This document shows, one piece after another, positions 42,308 to 62,560 of a stretch of DNA of 64,000 bases. The notes beneath the pieces are model-generated. The model made no database searches, was not told where the DNA came from, and saw nothing but the letters and a program-made list of their open reading frames with translations. This DNA is from Stylophora pistillata (lineage: Eukaryota). The stretch lies in NCBI RefSeq assembly GCF_002571385.2, contig NW_019218252.1, forward strand, positions 167,244 through 231,243, given 5' to 3'. The stretch's first letter is position 1. Each line of letters opens with the position of its first letter. A program made the position numbers and the translations under genes.

Positions 42308-45300
42308 TCATTGTAATGTTTTCACTTGTTGTGACAAGCTGAGTCCTTTCCCACTCCCTGAAGTGTTCACTGCCTCACCATCAGCAATTAATCTACATGT
42401 AGTGGTGTCCTCTTTCAGCCCACCATCTTTAGCTTCAAGCAACTGCTTCATCAGCATATCCCTCTTTGAAACACACTTCCTTGTGAGTGAGTGCAAAGAG
42501 TCAACAAAGTGAGTTTGGAACTCTGAGAGAGCTGTGATACCTTAAAACAACAAATAATGTGACTTTTTAGAAGGACCTAAGACTTAGCGCCATGTTGCAA
42601 AATATAACGTTTCCTATTTCTGTGAGTTATGCCATGTTTTTGCTATAAAGCAGACCAGACTTTGTTTATCCCTTTTTATGTTATGAACATCATACATTCT
42701 TATGTGCAAGTTCAAAATTAATTGAATTGAGGTTTTTATCTTGCCTGATTCTTCCTTTTCCTTCTTGGGCTGAAGAAGATCCATTGCATCTGAGAACTAG
42801 TGAGACATTAGCAAACACTGAAGTAAAGTGACATCCTCCAATACTTTATCAACCCTCACATTTTAAGATTAGCTCTTCTAGTAATTTCATACTGTCTTAC
42901 CTTTTTTATCATTGTTTAAGTTAAACAACAAGTGACAGGGGATTTAACAAATCCAAACACCCAGTGGGGGAAGTAAAATAGACAACTTGCAGACATGTTT
43001 AAAGCAAATGAATTCCCTGTTCTCCAGCATCACATGGGATTCAGGGGCAGGGTTTAACATCATTGGCTCTCACAAGTAAAAGTTACTCTGTACCTGTGAT
43101 TCATGGTCCTTGAATGTGGACAGAAAAGTTTGCAAATCATCTTCAGAAGCTGTGTTCTTCAGTTTTCTGTAAGCACTGAGTATATCTGTCCAGAATAGAA
43201 AACAAAACCTGTAAATCAATAACTAAAATGGAAAATAAAAAGAGGAGGAAAATAAAAACAAAGTTACCTTCCAAAGGCTCACAAAGCAGTTTCATGAGAT
43301 TTCCTTCAAATTTCTGGTATGCCTCTCTGCCAATAATGAAAAAATATAATATTTCCCTAAATTTTCACTCATAAGATTTAATAGGATTTAATTATTCTAA
43401 AATCATTGTAAGTTGTTTTTAAAACCCTTCTTCTAATCATTAATTTGCTCTGTCCGATCGATAAAATTGCTGAAATTGAGAGTTTTACACCTCTGTTACT
43501 GAATATACAACATAACAATTTTACAACCCAGGCACAACCCCTTAAAACTTATGAATAAAGGCTGATAGTTTCCAAAGAAACTGTTTGGGACTGCGTTGGT
43601 GGGGGTAACAAAAAAATTTGGATATATCAACAAAGTTGAAATGGTAAATTGGCCACCGTAACGATTACAAAAGCTGACGTTTCGAGCGTTAGCCCTTCGT
43701 CGGAGCGAATAGAGGAATTGTGGGTTGTGTGTGCTTTTAAAGGCAGAAAATGGAGCTACATTATTGGTGGGAACATGGCAATGAGAAAAACACGAATAAA
43801 TCTGTGGAATGAAAAGCATTCATTGATCCCTGTGGGGTTTAGACTGCCAGTTTGAAAGATGAGCTTTTGTTTAAGAAAAAAACTCTTAAAACTTACCTTA
43901 CTGCAGACAGCAGGGACTCTGCATAATCAACCTGGCATTGATAAACTTGCCGATGAAATGATAGTTCCTCCTTGAGTATTTTTATCTACCAAAAGAAATA
44001 AAATCCTGTTTTCAACATTTCACTAAGAAAATTGATGTATACCTTTACCACAGGGTGTGGGGCTTATTCAGGGGTATTAGCTAATGATAATAGTTGGGTG
44101 TTTTAGTGTGGTCTGAATGCAGTATGATTTAAAAAAATAACAACAACAACAAAGAATGTGTACCATCAGATATACCACACTTATAAATTCACATAATTCT
44201 CATCTGGGAGGTAACATCTGTGCCATACCTCCAGTGACAGTATATGCTTTGTATAGCTAATTGACTTCATCAAGGCTTGCACAACTGATCTCACCTGTTT
44301 ATAATAATAATATTAATAATTAAGAATAAAATACTAACAGTACTTAAGCAAGCCGTCAAGAGTTGTATCTATTCAGAAATTCAACACCTTCGAATAACAA
44401 ATGAGGAATGCAGGACTATACCCAGTCATAGAGCAGTCTTTAAAGTAAAATCAATAAATGTACCTTAAAGACTTCACAAATGAACCTTTTAAAAGTATCT
44501 TGTTGAAAAATAGATGTATAAGTTACACTAGATGGATCAATTTTGATCACTGGATTGACAACCCCTGATGTACAAGAACACTTGGTTCAAATAAGGAAAT
44601 TGTATGATGTCAAGAAGAAGCAGAATATATGACCTCACTGTTGAAAAAGTTAATTCTCACAGTTATATTAAACATAAATGAAAGGTTTAACCTATTATTT
44701 CACTTTATGATTTCACCTCTTGTTGTTTTTTCCGGCTCAGCTCTGGCATGTGTGACATGACGTTCTCTTCTGTAAGGTCTTCTCTAATAACCTTCTTAAG
44801 AGGAGGCTGCAAAGTGCAACGAGTTGCCATTGGGATTATTGTTTTAATTTCTCTAATTACATTTTTTACATGTTATTATCACTAATTAAACCCCAGAAAA
44901 TCTCAGGACCATGGAATAGGTCCACATTTTTGCCTAGCTTCCTCTCCATTTATACTTCTACTGAGCCATCCACATTCCTGCCAGTTATTTTTGGTTGCTT
45001 GTGAACACTGGTAGGGGTTGCAAACAACTCACTACAATATGCAGGAATGTGGGTGGGTTAGCAAGGACAAAGTGGGAGCAGTGGCGAGACAAAAATTTGT
45101 ATCCTCCCTGCTTTTCCATGACTTTTGTCAGTGGTAACCAAGAACAGAAATTGTACTTATCTGGGGGCTAGGAGAAGGGAACTTGTGGAAATTTTAACTC
45201 AGGATATGTCACCATGCCCTTAAAAACTGCCCTTTGTACATAACAATCATTTGCAGTCCATAGTCAATTATAGGGCCTCACCTCCTTTTGTTACATTTGT

Positions 45301-48300
45301 AAGGCCTCACAGTGACCAACAATAGAAGTTATTAAAACACATGTTGGTCAGCTATTATGTGTAAGGTCAATTCCACGTTGCGGACGTGACATTTAGAGGC
45401 AAAATTTGAGTATTAAATGTCTCCTAAAGCCAGATCCGAACTATTTGAATTGAAATGAGTCATGTCATAAATTACCCCTGAAGTACCTTTTATTTTGCCA
45501 GAAAACATTTTGACTATCTCTTAGAGATCCAGAGAAAAGAATTTTTCAAAGTGTGTTGTGGATGTGACTCCTAAAACAACCACTGATTTGAATTGCTTTT
45601 GGTTAGTTCAAATTTCCTGTGAATTGAAAACCTTTAAAAAAAAAACTGCATACACTAACTAAATGCAATAGTAATTGTGCTTCATAAATCTGAAAAGATA
45701 TTATAGAAATTACTTGTTACCATGGATTTATTAACAAAAATGTTGTGTTGCGGACGTGACCAAAATTTNNNNNNNNNNTATGGAATAGCCCATAAGCAGG
45801 TAATCAGTACTTAACTGGACCTTACCCAGGGTGCAGCAGGATACAGGACAGACAGAGACAAGAGGTCCTGACAGCAGTCTCTCAAGATGTCTGTCACTGT
45901 TGTCACATGACCTTCTAGCCTATCTCTGATTGGCTGTGATATGTGTTCACTGCTTAAGCTTGCTGGTTGTGAGGAGATCTCAAGTTGAAGCATTTCATTC
46001 AGGCAAACCATGTTTTTATAGAGTTTGCAAAGCTTTGATTCCAGCCTAGACTGAGTAAGAAAGTGTTCACATCTCAATGACATTTTTGAAAGAGAGCATT
46101 TTCCTTGAAAAGCAAAGCTAAGAAGGTTGGTTTACATATATTTCAAAGAACTATTCTTTACTCATGCTTGCTATTATGAAATACCAATAGGTTTACTTCA
46201 TCATATTTTTTTCTGGAGATATTAGATTCAAATCTCTCCTTGTGTACCTCACATTTGTACTGCCAATTTATCATCCAAAATAAGTTGTTCATAAATTATA
46301 CCTCACCACATGCTTTAAGTTAAGATGTTCCACTTTTCCACTGCAACAATCTAACAATGTCAGGGTTTGATCTTCAACAGATTTTGATTGCTTTAAGAAA
46401 TCACCCATGTAAATGGCAGGCAGACAGAGGTCATCAGCCTCAGCAATCTAAGAGGACAAACAGTCAACAGAGTATTTTACTTGACTGTATTAAAAAAAAA
46501 ATCATTATTGTCATCATGACCATTATCAAAATTACAGAAAAACCTTTTAATACAAGGTAGTTGAGCTTTCCTCCCCCACTGACAACTATAATAAAAAATT
46601 CAGAATGTTACCTCTTTATTTTTGTATAAATCAAGTCTTGTTCCCTCTAATCTGTATTCCAAATTCTGTATACATTCTCGCAAAACTGTTATGTAATTTG
46701 ATGGATCATCTGGTGAGTAAAGACTCCTATAGAGTCAACAAAGAAAAAACAAATGGTGATGCTTTCATGTAGAGCAGATGTAAGAATACCAAGATCTAAT
46801 AATTTTCTATGAAATAAAAATGTTTTCCATGTCATGTTCACTTTATGTCAGATTAAATTGTTCTCCTTAAAAAATCAAGCTAGACACATGTTAATGGATA
46901 GAAGGTCTTCCATACCTCAATGCTTCTTTTAAGTTAAGAAGTTTATTTTCAATTTGAATGAACACATTTTTTCTGGCTTGCAAAGCACTTGCCTGGAGAA
47001 GAACCTGTTGAAAAAAAATTAATAAAGACAATTACATTTCCACCATAAGAACCAAATGTTCCACATTCAAATTTCTTTTAATTGTTAGCTATTGAGAATT
47101 TGATTTCAACTCCATTATTATAAAGTAGAAGTACAAAAACATTTTATAGTGTTACTTCTGGCCAAGGATAAAAATATATATACTTTCAGAAAAGTAAATT
47201 ATTTTATTGAGTACTTTTAATGTACTTACTTGTCTCTCTAGCTGTATAACCTGAGATTTAAGTAAATTAACTCTTCGTTCATCAAACCTCTCCTGAGGTG
47301 CCTCTTCCACAAGCTGTTTATAGAGAGAACTGCCGAAAAAAAGCTTTGTGAGTGTGTAAAATGCACCTTCACTGTGATTACACTACAACTAGTCCATCCA
47401 ATCTTTGACCCTTAAACTCCCATGAGTGACCAAGGCAGATTTTTTTTTTCTTACAATATCAATACCAAGCAGACAAGTAATAAGAATAAAGAAAAATATC
47501 GATTAGAGGATTTTAGGTTGATCCAATACAAAATTCTCCAAACTAACATCATAAGAACTGTATGGCTGACAGTAAGAAGAATCACTCGTGAGATCTTGGA
47601 GTGAAAAGATTGAAATATGTTTACCTGATGAATTGCAGCTCTGCTTTAAGTTCCTTGTTTTCTTTCTTTAGATGCTGAAAGAGAAGTAATCATTATGGAA
47701 GTAATTGAATTTTAGAGTACTTGAATTCCCCTTGTTCACTTAACAAAGGCATTGGATGAAATATAAAGACTTGAGTATAATGTATAAATCAGTGAAAAAT
47801 GTATCTAGGAAAGGTCTCTTAAGAGATCTGGCAAGCAAAGCTAAAATTGTTTTTCTCCAAGTAAGTTTCTACTCTGTCACTGAACAACCTCTGAAATCTA
47901 CCACATTACTGGATTGTTAAACTACTGATGGTGTCTATTCCTATTGATACTAACTTAAATCAGGTACTGTAAACTCTTTTCACTGTCTTACCTCTAACTG
48001 TTGCTGGTATTTTTGTAGTTGTCTATCCCTTGCACCTAATGACGTCTGTGTGCTTAAGAGTGTCTTCCCAAATACACTGTCACTTTTGGATGTCTGTTGG
48101 ATATCTGGTGTGGAGCTACTTGGAGACACCACAAGCCTTGCCTAGAAGCAGCAATTATTCAACAAAATCTCATTAACTTTCTTTAATTCAGTCAATTCTT
48201 TAATTTAGCAAGACCACAACGCGACGACAATGAAAGCTGGAAATGAATAGTGCATTGACTCTCTAAGCAAACCTCAGATTAAGTTTGGATCGATTTGACA

Positions 48301-48478
48301 TGGGTAAAAAAAATAATTTTATTTGGTATATTTGAAAAGGCGACATACTGTATCATATATGTATGAAAAAAAATGCAATTAGGTCCTCTACCTTCGAAGC
48401 ATTCCTTGTTTTGTTTACATCACCTGAATAGTGGGTACTTGATGGCGAATGGCGACGAGAGATCCGAGTTTTTTTCAT
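42308..48478 (-). CDS. Uncharacterised multi-exon coiled-coil protein; boundaries approximate
   Basis: Small GT-AG exons translate to MKKTRISRRHSPSS..., RDRQLQKYQQQLE, HLKKENKELKAELQF, ERFDERRVNLLKSQVIQLERQ, CEHFLTQSRLESKLCKLY..., ITALSEFQTHFVDSLHSL...KTLQ*. Family not recognised. Confidence 0.6.
43672..43710 (-). ncRNA. Degenerate minimal hammerhead-ribozyme-like motif of a Penelope-like repeat
   Basis: Minus strand gct-CCGACGA-agggc-taac-gctc-GAAAC-GTC-agc. The core differs from CUGANGA by one base. A related, more decayed copy lies at ~31901-31950. Confidence 0.45.
45769..45778. other. Assembly gap (10 N); single Ns also at 41669, 61496 and 63834
   Basis: Ns visible in the sequence, indicating a scaffolded draft assembly. 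Confidence 0.99.
47408..47610. repeat. Dispersed intronic repeat family; decayed copies also at ~4320-4430, ~22230-22440, ~32815-33017
   Basis: Shared motifs gtgaccaag.cagaattt, ttacaatatc, ccaaattctcc, ctgtatggc.gacagtaagga and tgagatcttgg.agtgaaa. Confidence 0.6.
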
Positions 48479-49104
48479 CGAAAGAACTTCGATAACTATT
48501 CTTGAGATAGTAAACTGAAAGTTCTACTTGAAATCATTTATTCCAATATCAGCCTTCGAGCGCCACCACTTGCCTTTCGACGCAGATTTTAGTTCTTCAA
48601 TCGGCCATGTTGCTAGTTGCGAAGGACTGGTGGTTCATGGATTTTGGGGGACTGGAGACTAGCCAGAGAAGGAAGGAAATCATTTCTAAAAGCCGCGCGA
48701 GTTATAGTCCCTTCTTTTGCTATGCTACTCGGTGTTTAATCTTTTGTGGTAAAATACATGTTTTATTGTAGATTTACTATGGCAGACTTTCACGGAGACC
48801 GGGGTTCAAGCAGGGTCTCCCTAACAGCGTGGTCCGTTGCAAAAGTTAAGAATCAGTTAATGCACCGAAGGAATCCGCCAAAAAGGGGGAACTATATATT
48901 CGTAGCTACAATTGCGGTTTTACGCTCGATATATTCGAAAAAGGGAGCAAAGTAACTTGTGACCGCTCTCAATTGAGGGGCACGTCAGTTTCAGGATTTT
49001 TACACTTTTTCATTAAATCGTTTTCTAAGCCAGGTCAAACAAAAGCAAACAATGAGTAAAGTAAAGGAAATCCCCATAGGTCATTGACTTTTGGTAAATT
49101 TGGT

Positions 49105-49120
49105 GGCTCTTAGAAGAGCC
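49105..49120 (-). terminator. Histone 3' stem-loop (SLBP site) of H3
   Basis: Minus strand aaaac-GGCTCT-TCTA-AGAGCC-acca, 30 nt after the stop. Confidence 0.92.
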
Positions 49121-49150
49121 GTTTTTCTTTAAATTATGGTAGAATCCACT

Positions 49151-51232
<2,082 letters not shown>

Positions 51233-54056
51233 CATTGATAGAATGATTTCATCTTTCTCAAATGATATATCTTTGTTAATTTTCTAGATTTTCTCAAATC
51301 TTTGATATTATGGTGTAAAAGTGGACATTTTGTGGGTTGCTAGGAGCCTCATTCCATAAGTTCTCAAGGGTGGAAGTGTGCCTATTTCAGCAAGCAACCA
51401 TTCTGAACAAAAAAAATTAAATTTATTAAATTATTTATTCACACAGCATTTTTGATTCTTTTTTCATCATGTTGTTATTGTTAAATAGACAGATCCCCTA
51501 TTTGGTTTAGATAAATAATAAAATTATTTCAGTGTTAAGTTTAGGTCCAGGTTTCCTAAGTGTCTGTTCCACTATCATAGAGCAGGCATGATGTTTCAGT
51601 TGGTTCGAAAGGTCAGATCTTGGGTTATAATAGGATGATTTGATACATTTTGTTAGCTTCTGCTTTATGATGTTTATTATTAAGGGGAGAGTGAATTGAA
51701 ATTGCAAAGATGGCTCTGAGCCTCAAAGTTTGCATATTAATGACAGTAGCATGAAATGATTTTTATTTATTTTTTAGGAGCCTGCAAAATCACTGCTTCA
51801 TTTTTGTTTTCAGGCCAGCTTAGCTGTAGTTGTGGTGTCCTGTGGATGTTACCTTTACCAAGGATATAACCCCCTTGATAAACTTTTGATATTATTAACC
51901 ACTTAAAGGGTCAGGGAAGTTTTATTCTTGAGTTTTATGGACAAAATGTTTTTTTTTTTCATGCAGTGTAGATACTTACACCTTATTTGTATTTAGATAA
52001 ATGTATTTAATTTTGGTGAAAGACATTCAGTGTCTCACTTTTAACAGTAAAATTTCTATTCACAAATTTTTGCCAGACAGCTCTGATTTATTTGTATAGT
52101 TGATCTTGAGTGAGGTGTTTATTTTATTGTATAATATTCTTTTAAACTTAAAGGTGGGTAGCAAATGCAGGGATCTGATCATGTTTCACTGGGACATTTT
52201 AGAAAAATTCACACATCAGGTATATTTTAAACAGCATTTCAGGTGTCACAAAATTAAAAGGGAAACCTTCAAATTTCTCTTCACCTGTTCAAGTTTTCAG
52301 GAAAATCTTGAGGTCTGAAATAAATGTTAGAAAAAAGATAACAGTCACATGTACTTAAGGAGGCACTGGTTCATAAATTAACAAATTGTGCTTGCTTTCC
52401 TGGTTTCAATTGCACATCATTTACACCAAGGGAAAGGCACAATTTGCAGAACTATAGCATGTGCCCTACCTTGAATTTATGAAGTTCTAGAATGCTTTGA
52501 TTTTAATTCAATGTCAAGTCAATTTCGCTGTGTGACTAAATTTACAGAAATTATCCAAGAAAAGACATGGCTTCTGTTTTTACTCCATTACACAGGAAAA
52601 CCTATCCACTCTTTGAACGTTTCAAAAAGACTGTTTTTTGGAGATTGTTGATTTAATTAGAGTGGAAAAGAGGATACCCCCACAGTGATTATCTTTGACT
52701 CAGTTTCACCCATATGCAATGAATAGCAATGAGTTGTGTATCATAAAATAACTGAGATTGCTTTAATATAAAGAGGTAGTGTTACCTAGTTGAGCAACTT
52801 TTCATTGGTGCCAATTTGTCTCATGACAAACTACTTAAATTGATGGTACATATTTTTCATGGGTGGTATTTAATTTTTTTTCATGTTCTGCATTATTTTA
52901 TTGTAATCAAGAATAGCTAAATCAGACCATGGAACAGAGTGCCACTGGTTTGTCAGTTTTATACTGTTATGTGTTTTACCCTCTTTAAATAAAGTTGATT
53001 ATTATTATTATTATTATTCAGTTAATATCTGAAACTGTGAAACAAGATGACAAGCATTCATATCTCCTCACATTTAAATTACTCAATAAATGATTTCTTT
53101 AGTTCCTTTTAAATAGTGAATCTTATTAGTTTTTCTGAAAGCCTGATATATATACCCACAGTTTGCATAGTTTTTTTTCTATTTTAAATTCATTTATTAC
53201 ACGACTCGGCCAGTCAGAGGGCCAAAAACTAAAATCAACCAATCAATATGCACTATTGCTGGTCAATATTCTCTCATTATTACACTTCTGGGTTTTTATA
53301 CCTGGCTTCCCTTTTTTTCATTTTTCAAAGAAACGTAAGTGTCTTTTACTTTTGGGGTGATTTGTTTTGTCTCATTTAGCAGTCTAGGCAATCTAAAATC
53401 CTATCTCCTTTATCTTTACCATTCAGAATACTTGATCTTCTTCCCGTTACAAGAATGTTGTTTGCGGTCTAAAACTGTCCAAAAAACAAAACTTGAACGT
53501 TGCATACAAAAAGATAAGGCAAAAAAAATTTGTTTCGAGCTTAAAATACAGATGTGGTAACCACAAAGTACATAAACTGTTTAAAATTACTCACACGTCT
53601 GTGTACTCTCAGTAGATAAGACCTCTCCCTTATAAACCCAGGTGTGACCTTTAAGAGACCAAGCTGCTATTGCTAATTTTTCAATTTTCCTTTTGATCAC
53701 GGGGCTTCAGAGGACAGAGTCTTGAGGGTAAAGTAAGCTTAAAACTAATCATCGGTCGCATCTTTTTTACATTTTGGCTTTGATAATTCTTCCAATAGGC
53801 TTCGACCCCCTGAAAAGACCTAGAGAAGTGATTTCACACTTGGCTGTATCCTCACTTTACTATGATTTGGTGGGAGGTGCAGTTGGAATGAGAAAATAAA
53901 TCGGATGTATTTCCATTGGGAATGCAAATTTTCTAAATTTGTACAGAACACCTTGAAAAAACAAACACCAAATACATCTGGGAGGAGGAAAGGAAAACAA
54001 TAACAAATAACATAAGATTATCGCTTTCGTTGGTCATTTCTTTCTTTTTATTTGGT

Positions 54057-54072
54057 GGCTTCTAAAGAAGCC
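54057..54072 (-). terminator. Histone 3' stem-loop of the H1-family gene, followed by a purine-rich HDE-like element
   Basis: Minus strand aaaac-GGCTTC-TTTA-GAAGCC-acca, then AAAAGAAAGAAA about 10 nt downstream. Confidence 0.9.
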
Positions 54073-54097
54073 GTTTTTTAATTTTTTTTGTTCCTTT

Positions 54098-54763
54098 CTA
54101 CTTCTTGGTCTTGGCTTTGGTCTTCTTGGCTGTCTTCTTTTTAGGAGTAGCTCGCTTTTTGGGGCTCTTTGTCTTTTTCTTTGCAGCAGTCTTTGTTTTA
54201 GGTTTCTTTGCTGCAGTTATCTTCTTGGCTGGAGACTTTCCCTTCTTGGTTGGAGTCTTCTTCCTCTTCTTCGTAGCTTTCTTAGCGGTTGTCTTTTTCG
54301 TTGTTCGCTTCTTAGGCGTGCCAGCCTTTTTTCTTGGCTTTTTAGTGACTGCTTTCTTCTTCCCTGGTTTCTTCCTTGGCGCGGCAGGTACTTTTCCAAC
54401 TTTAAAGGATCCCGAAGCACCAGTGCCTTTGGTGTGTATCAGCTTGCCAGTCTGCACGCCGCGCTTCAAAGCCATCTTTAGATGCGGAGATGGATCTCCA
54501 GTGATTCTGTTGTTTGCTTTAATGTATTTCTCAATGGCCTGCCTCGAGGAACCACCTCGCTCCTTCATCGCAGTGATGGCGGTGACGACCATGTCAATGT
54601 ACGGTGGATGTGCTGCAGCAGGACGTCGAGCTGTTCTCTTTGCTCTTGGTTTTTTTGCCTTTGCTATCTTGCTGCTGGGACTTTTGGATCTTGATCTCGA
54701 GCGGGATCTTGAGCGTGATCTTGATTTGGATCGCGAACGTGATCTCGGTAAAACAACAGACAT
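54098..54763 (-). CDS. Histone H1/H5-family protein with N-terminal RS repeat (protamine-like PL-I type candidate), 221 aa
   Basis: Winged helix HPPYIDMVVTAITAMKERGGSSRQAIEKYI...KGTGASGSFKV; K/A/T/P-rich tail with TPKK/SPKK; N-terminus PRSRSRSKSRSRSRSRSRSRSKSP. Confidence 0.93.
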   Translation of the reverse strand: MSVVLPRSRSRSKSRSRSRSRSRSRSKSPSSKIAKAKKPRAKRTARRPAAAHPPYIDMVVTAITAMKERGGSSRQAIEKYIKANNRITGDPSPHLKMALKRGVQTGKLIHTKGTGASGSFKVGKVPAAPRKKPGKKKAVTKKPRKKAGTPKKRTTKKTTAKKATKKRKKTPTKKGKSPAKKITAAKKPKTKTAAKKKTKSPKKRATPKKKTAKKTKAKTKK

Positions 54764-56368
54764 TTTGATCACTAATAAGGCGGGAGAGAAAAAGTTGCTC
54801 GGAATAGATTTCACGATGCAAGTAGCGTAATTTCACACTCGCGCCAAGTTTATTAGAAAAGACCCGACGTCTGAGGGAACAGTCCTCTGTCACGAACCAG
54901 ATTGAGTATCAGAGGCTAACATTTTGGAATTTGTGTTTCTTCTTGGGAATTGCGAACCACTCACTGTTAAGCAGAGCTTCGCAAGAAAACGGTAAATTGA
55001 GCAAAACTGAACTATAAGAACCAGCCTTTCGTGTGTGGTTCCAAAGCTGTCCCCGCTTAATGTATTCCTCGGTATTTTTAATTTCTTTCTAATCAAGCCA
55101 GGTGTCACAAGTGAATGTGAATGGTATTTAATGCAAATCATTTAACGACCTCAGACAGGATGCTGTTAAAAACGTTATGGGATCAAAAAGTGAGGATTAG
55201 GAAACAAGTTAAGCCAAAAATGAACTAGGATAATTGAATTCCAAGTTTCTGTTGGCTGCCGCGAATGCGGGAAACAAAGACAGATTACTCGGTCGCCATT
55301 TTGCTTTGTTCAGATGCGCTTGATTTATTGATGGAGAGATGGACTGCCTGTCTCTTTTCCCCATCTAGATTTGACGAATTCATGTTTTCTATGCTAATGG
55401 CTCAGAACTGTACTGTTGTTTGTTAGATTATTTCATCATTCAAATAATAGTTTAGAAAGTGAACTCAAAGGAACTCTCTGTGTGTTTTTGTTATTGCCAT
55501 GCTCAAAGCCGCTAGCAGCAAACAGATTTCTTATAAAATCTCATTCAATATTGTGTATGCCTGATTTGTAAAGGGTACTCTGCAAAGAAATACTCACAAA
55601 TTTTCTCCTGAAAGAGGGTTCTTGACTCACAGAATAAAGATTTTAGCTGTTCTTTTATGCTGAAGACTTCCGATTTTGACCCACATCAGAGTTCAATTTT
55701 TTACTCTCTGTGATTTCGTCTTCATGGTTGACACCTGAATTCCTGACAAAAGGCGCTTTTTTCTGATAATGAAAATTTTCCCTGTAGTTTAATAACCAAG
55801 GCTTGCCTGGACACAGCGATTGCTAAATTTAACAGACTAGAATCCTAGTTATCTAAGAAAGTATGTTACTTTATTAAGCGACTATTAAGGAAAAGTGAGT
55901 CTTTCAATACGTCAAATTACTACCGCCATTTTGGATGATACGAGTATGTTTCATGTTAGACCTGTAGCACTTTGTGCTACCTCACTGTATACTGAAATAA
56001 AATGACCAAAAACATTCAAACAAAGTCAAATCCATACTATGAATAATAGAAAAACATTTCAAGGCTTCATCGGAATGGTTCAAGACATTTTTTAGCGCTG
56101 CGAAGAGTATATTCAACCGGTAGTTTAACATATGGCCGCGTAATTTAAATTTGCTTTAAAAGCGTGATTATCCAACGATAAAACTCAACAAAGTTTTTTT
56201 TCAAGCACATCCATGTTAATAATAGCAAGCAATAGACAATAATCCCCCGACTGATCCTATACGGTTCCATTTATAGCATTTTAATTTTCTTCAAACTGAC
56301 CATGGAGGTTTTCCGCAATAACAAACACTGTTTGTATAAATTTAGTAGCAGAAACAAAGCTACGTAGA

Positions 56369-56600
56369 GCCAAGTTGTTCGAAGTCCGATTAAAGGTTAA
56401 AATTTAATCCGGGTTTCTTTATTCCTCGTCAGTTCGAGAGCCTTTTAATTTTTGGGATAAGTTTCTCTATTCTATTTAGAGCATTCAATCACCAAATTGT
56501 CGGCAAGAATAATTATACTGAATTTCTTTCAAAGCCTTCAGATCTCAAATCAGATCTCACACTAACCCTGTGTTGTCCCCAGCTTTGAATCACCTGGCCC
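56369..56600. mobile_element. MITE family B, copy 1
   Basis: gccaagttgttcgaag...ggttaaaatttaatccgggtttc...ttcagatctcaaatca...gctttgaatcacctggcc. Homologous to the copies at 61198 and 61901. Confidence 0.75.
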
Positions 56601-57724
56601 AAGATAATAACACTTATGAACATTCTTCCGTTATTGTCTCATTTATAATGTATTTTACCTTCCTTAATTGATTTGTTCTGTACATTTTTTAGGCTTCGCA
56701 TCAACAGAGGACAACCTCTCTTCTGACTTCTTCAAAACGAAAATTGGAATTATTTTCCTACGTGCAAAAACACAAGAATCACGAGGGAACAGGCGTTTAG
56801 GTGGTTAGTACTATTTCAATTCAGGTATTTTGTGGTAAAAATAAAAAAATTAATAAATAACTTACTAGTGTTCCGTTTTCATAATTTTTTTGCTTTCTGG
56901 ACGCGTATAAATTTTTTGCCTTTTTTTTTTCTGAAATGATAGGCTTAGGCGCTGTGATACAGAATGAAACTGAGTTAGAGATGGACATGCACGCAAGCCA
57001 GTTGCTTTGCCGGAGTGCTTTGATGCACAGTCTTTTCACATTGACAGTTGATCGAACCAGAGCTAATAGATCGAACTCTATCGGGCCAGGGTGTAAAATC
57101 GACTGATGTATGTCTGAATCTGACAAAAATCAAACGAGAAACTGTTTTACAGGAAAAAAAAATAAAACAAAACAAAACAAGATCGTGTTCAGGAATCTAC
57201 CCTCAAGTTCTCGACATACTTTCGGTTTCCACTCCCGAGAAACCATCCAGGAACTTGAAAGTGAACGACGGACAAAAGAATACTGCTTCATCCGGTCAGC
57301 CAAGCAAGGATCCTTTATTTTAAAACAAACTCTGGAATCTTTCTTTCACATCATTTCAAAACTGCCTGCGAAGTTCGCTCCTTGAACAACTGCTAAGTTA
57401 TCATACACAATGTGACTTCTTATATAGATACCACAATCTTTTTTAGAACCCTTTCTTTTTTTTCTTGCTGACCACTTGTACTGAAGGCTTTGAACAGACT
57501 AAACTTAAAGAGTATTATTGTCTGTTTCACGCTTTTCGTCGCCCAGGCCGCTTTCAAATGAATTTCTATTGCTCCTGGGGCTTGTAATTCTGCAGGGGAA
57601 AAATAGATTGATGGTTAGATCTGCAAAATACATTTCTTTCGTGCAATGCGGAATGTTGCGGTAAAGAGGAAGTAGATTCTAAGCATCATTCTTCTGGAAA
57701 CGAAGCAACGTGCCGCTAGCCGTC

Positions 57725-62560
<4,836 letters not shown>

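Noticed and set aside
48780-48900. Hairpin GGAGACC...GGTCTCC with a B-box-like loop near H3, possible snRNA or Pol III gene
   Set aside because: No match to the U1, U2, U5, U7 or 5S sequences I can recognise, and no clear Sm site.
54105-54830. 241-aa hydrophobic + strand ORF resembling a membrane protein
   Set aside because: It is the antisense shadow of the Lys/Ala-rich H1 codons.
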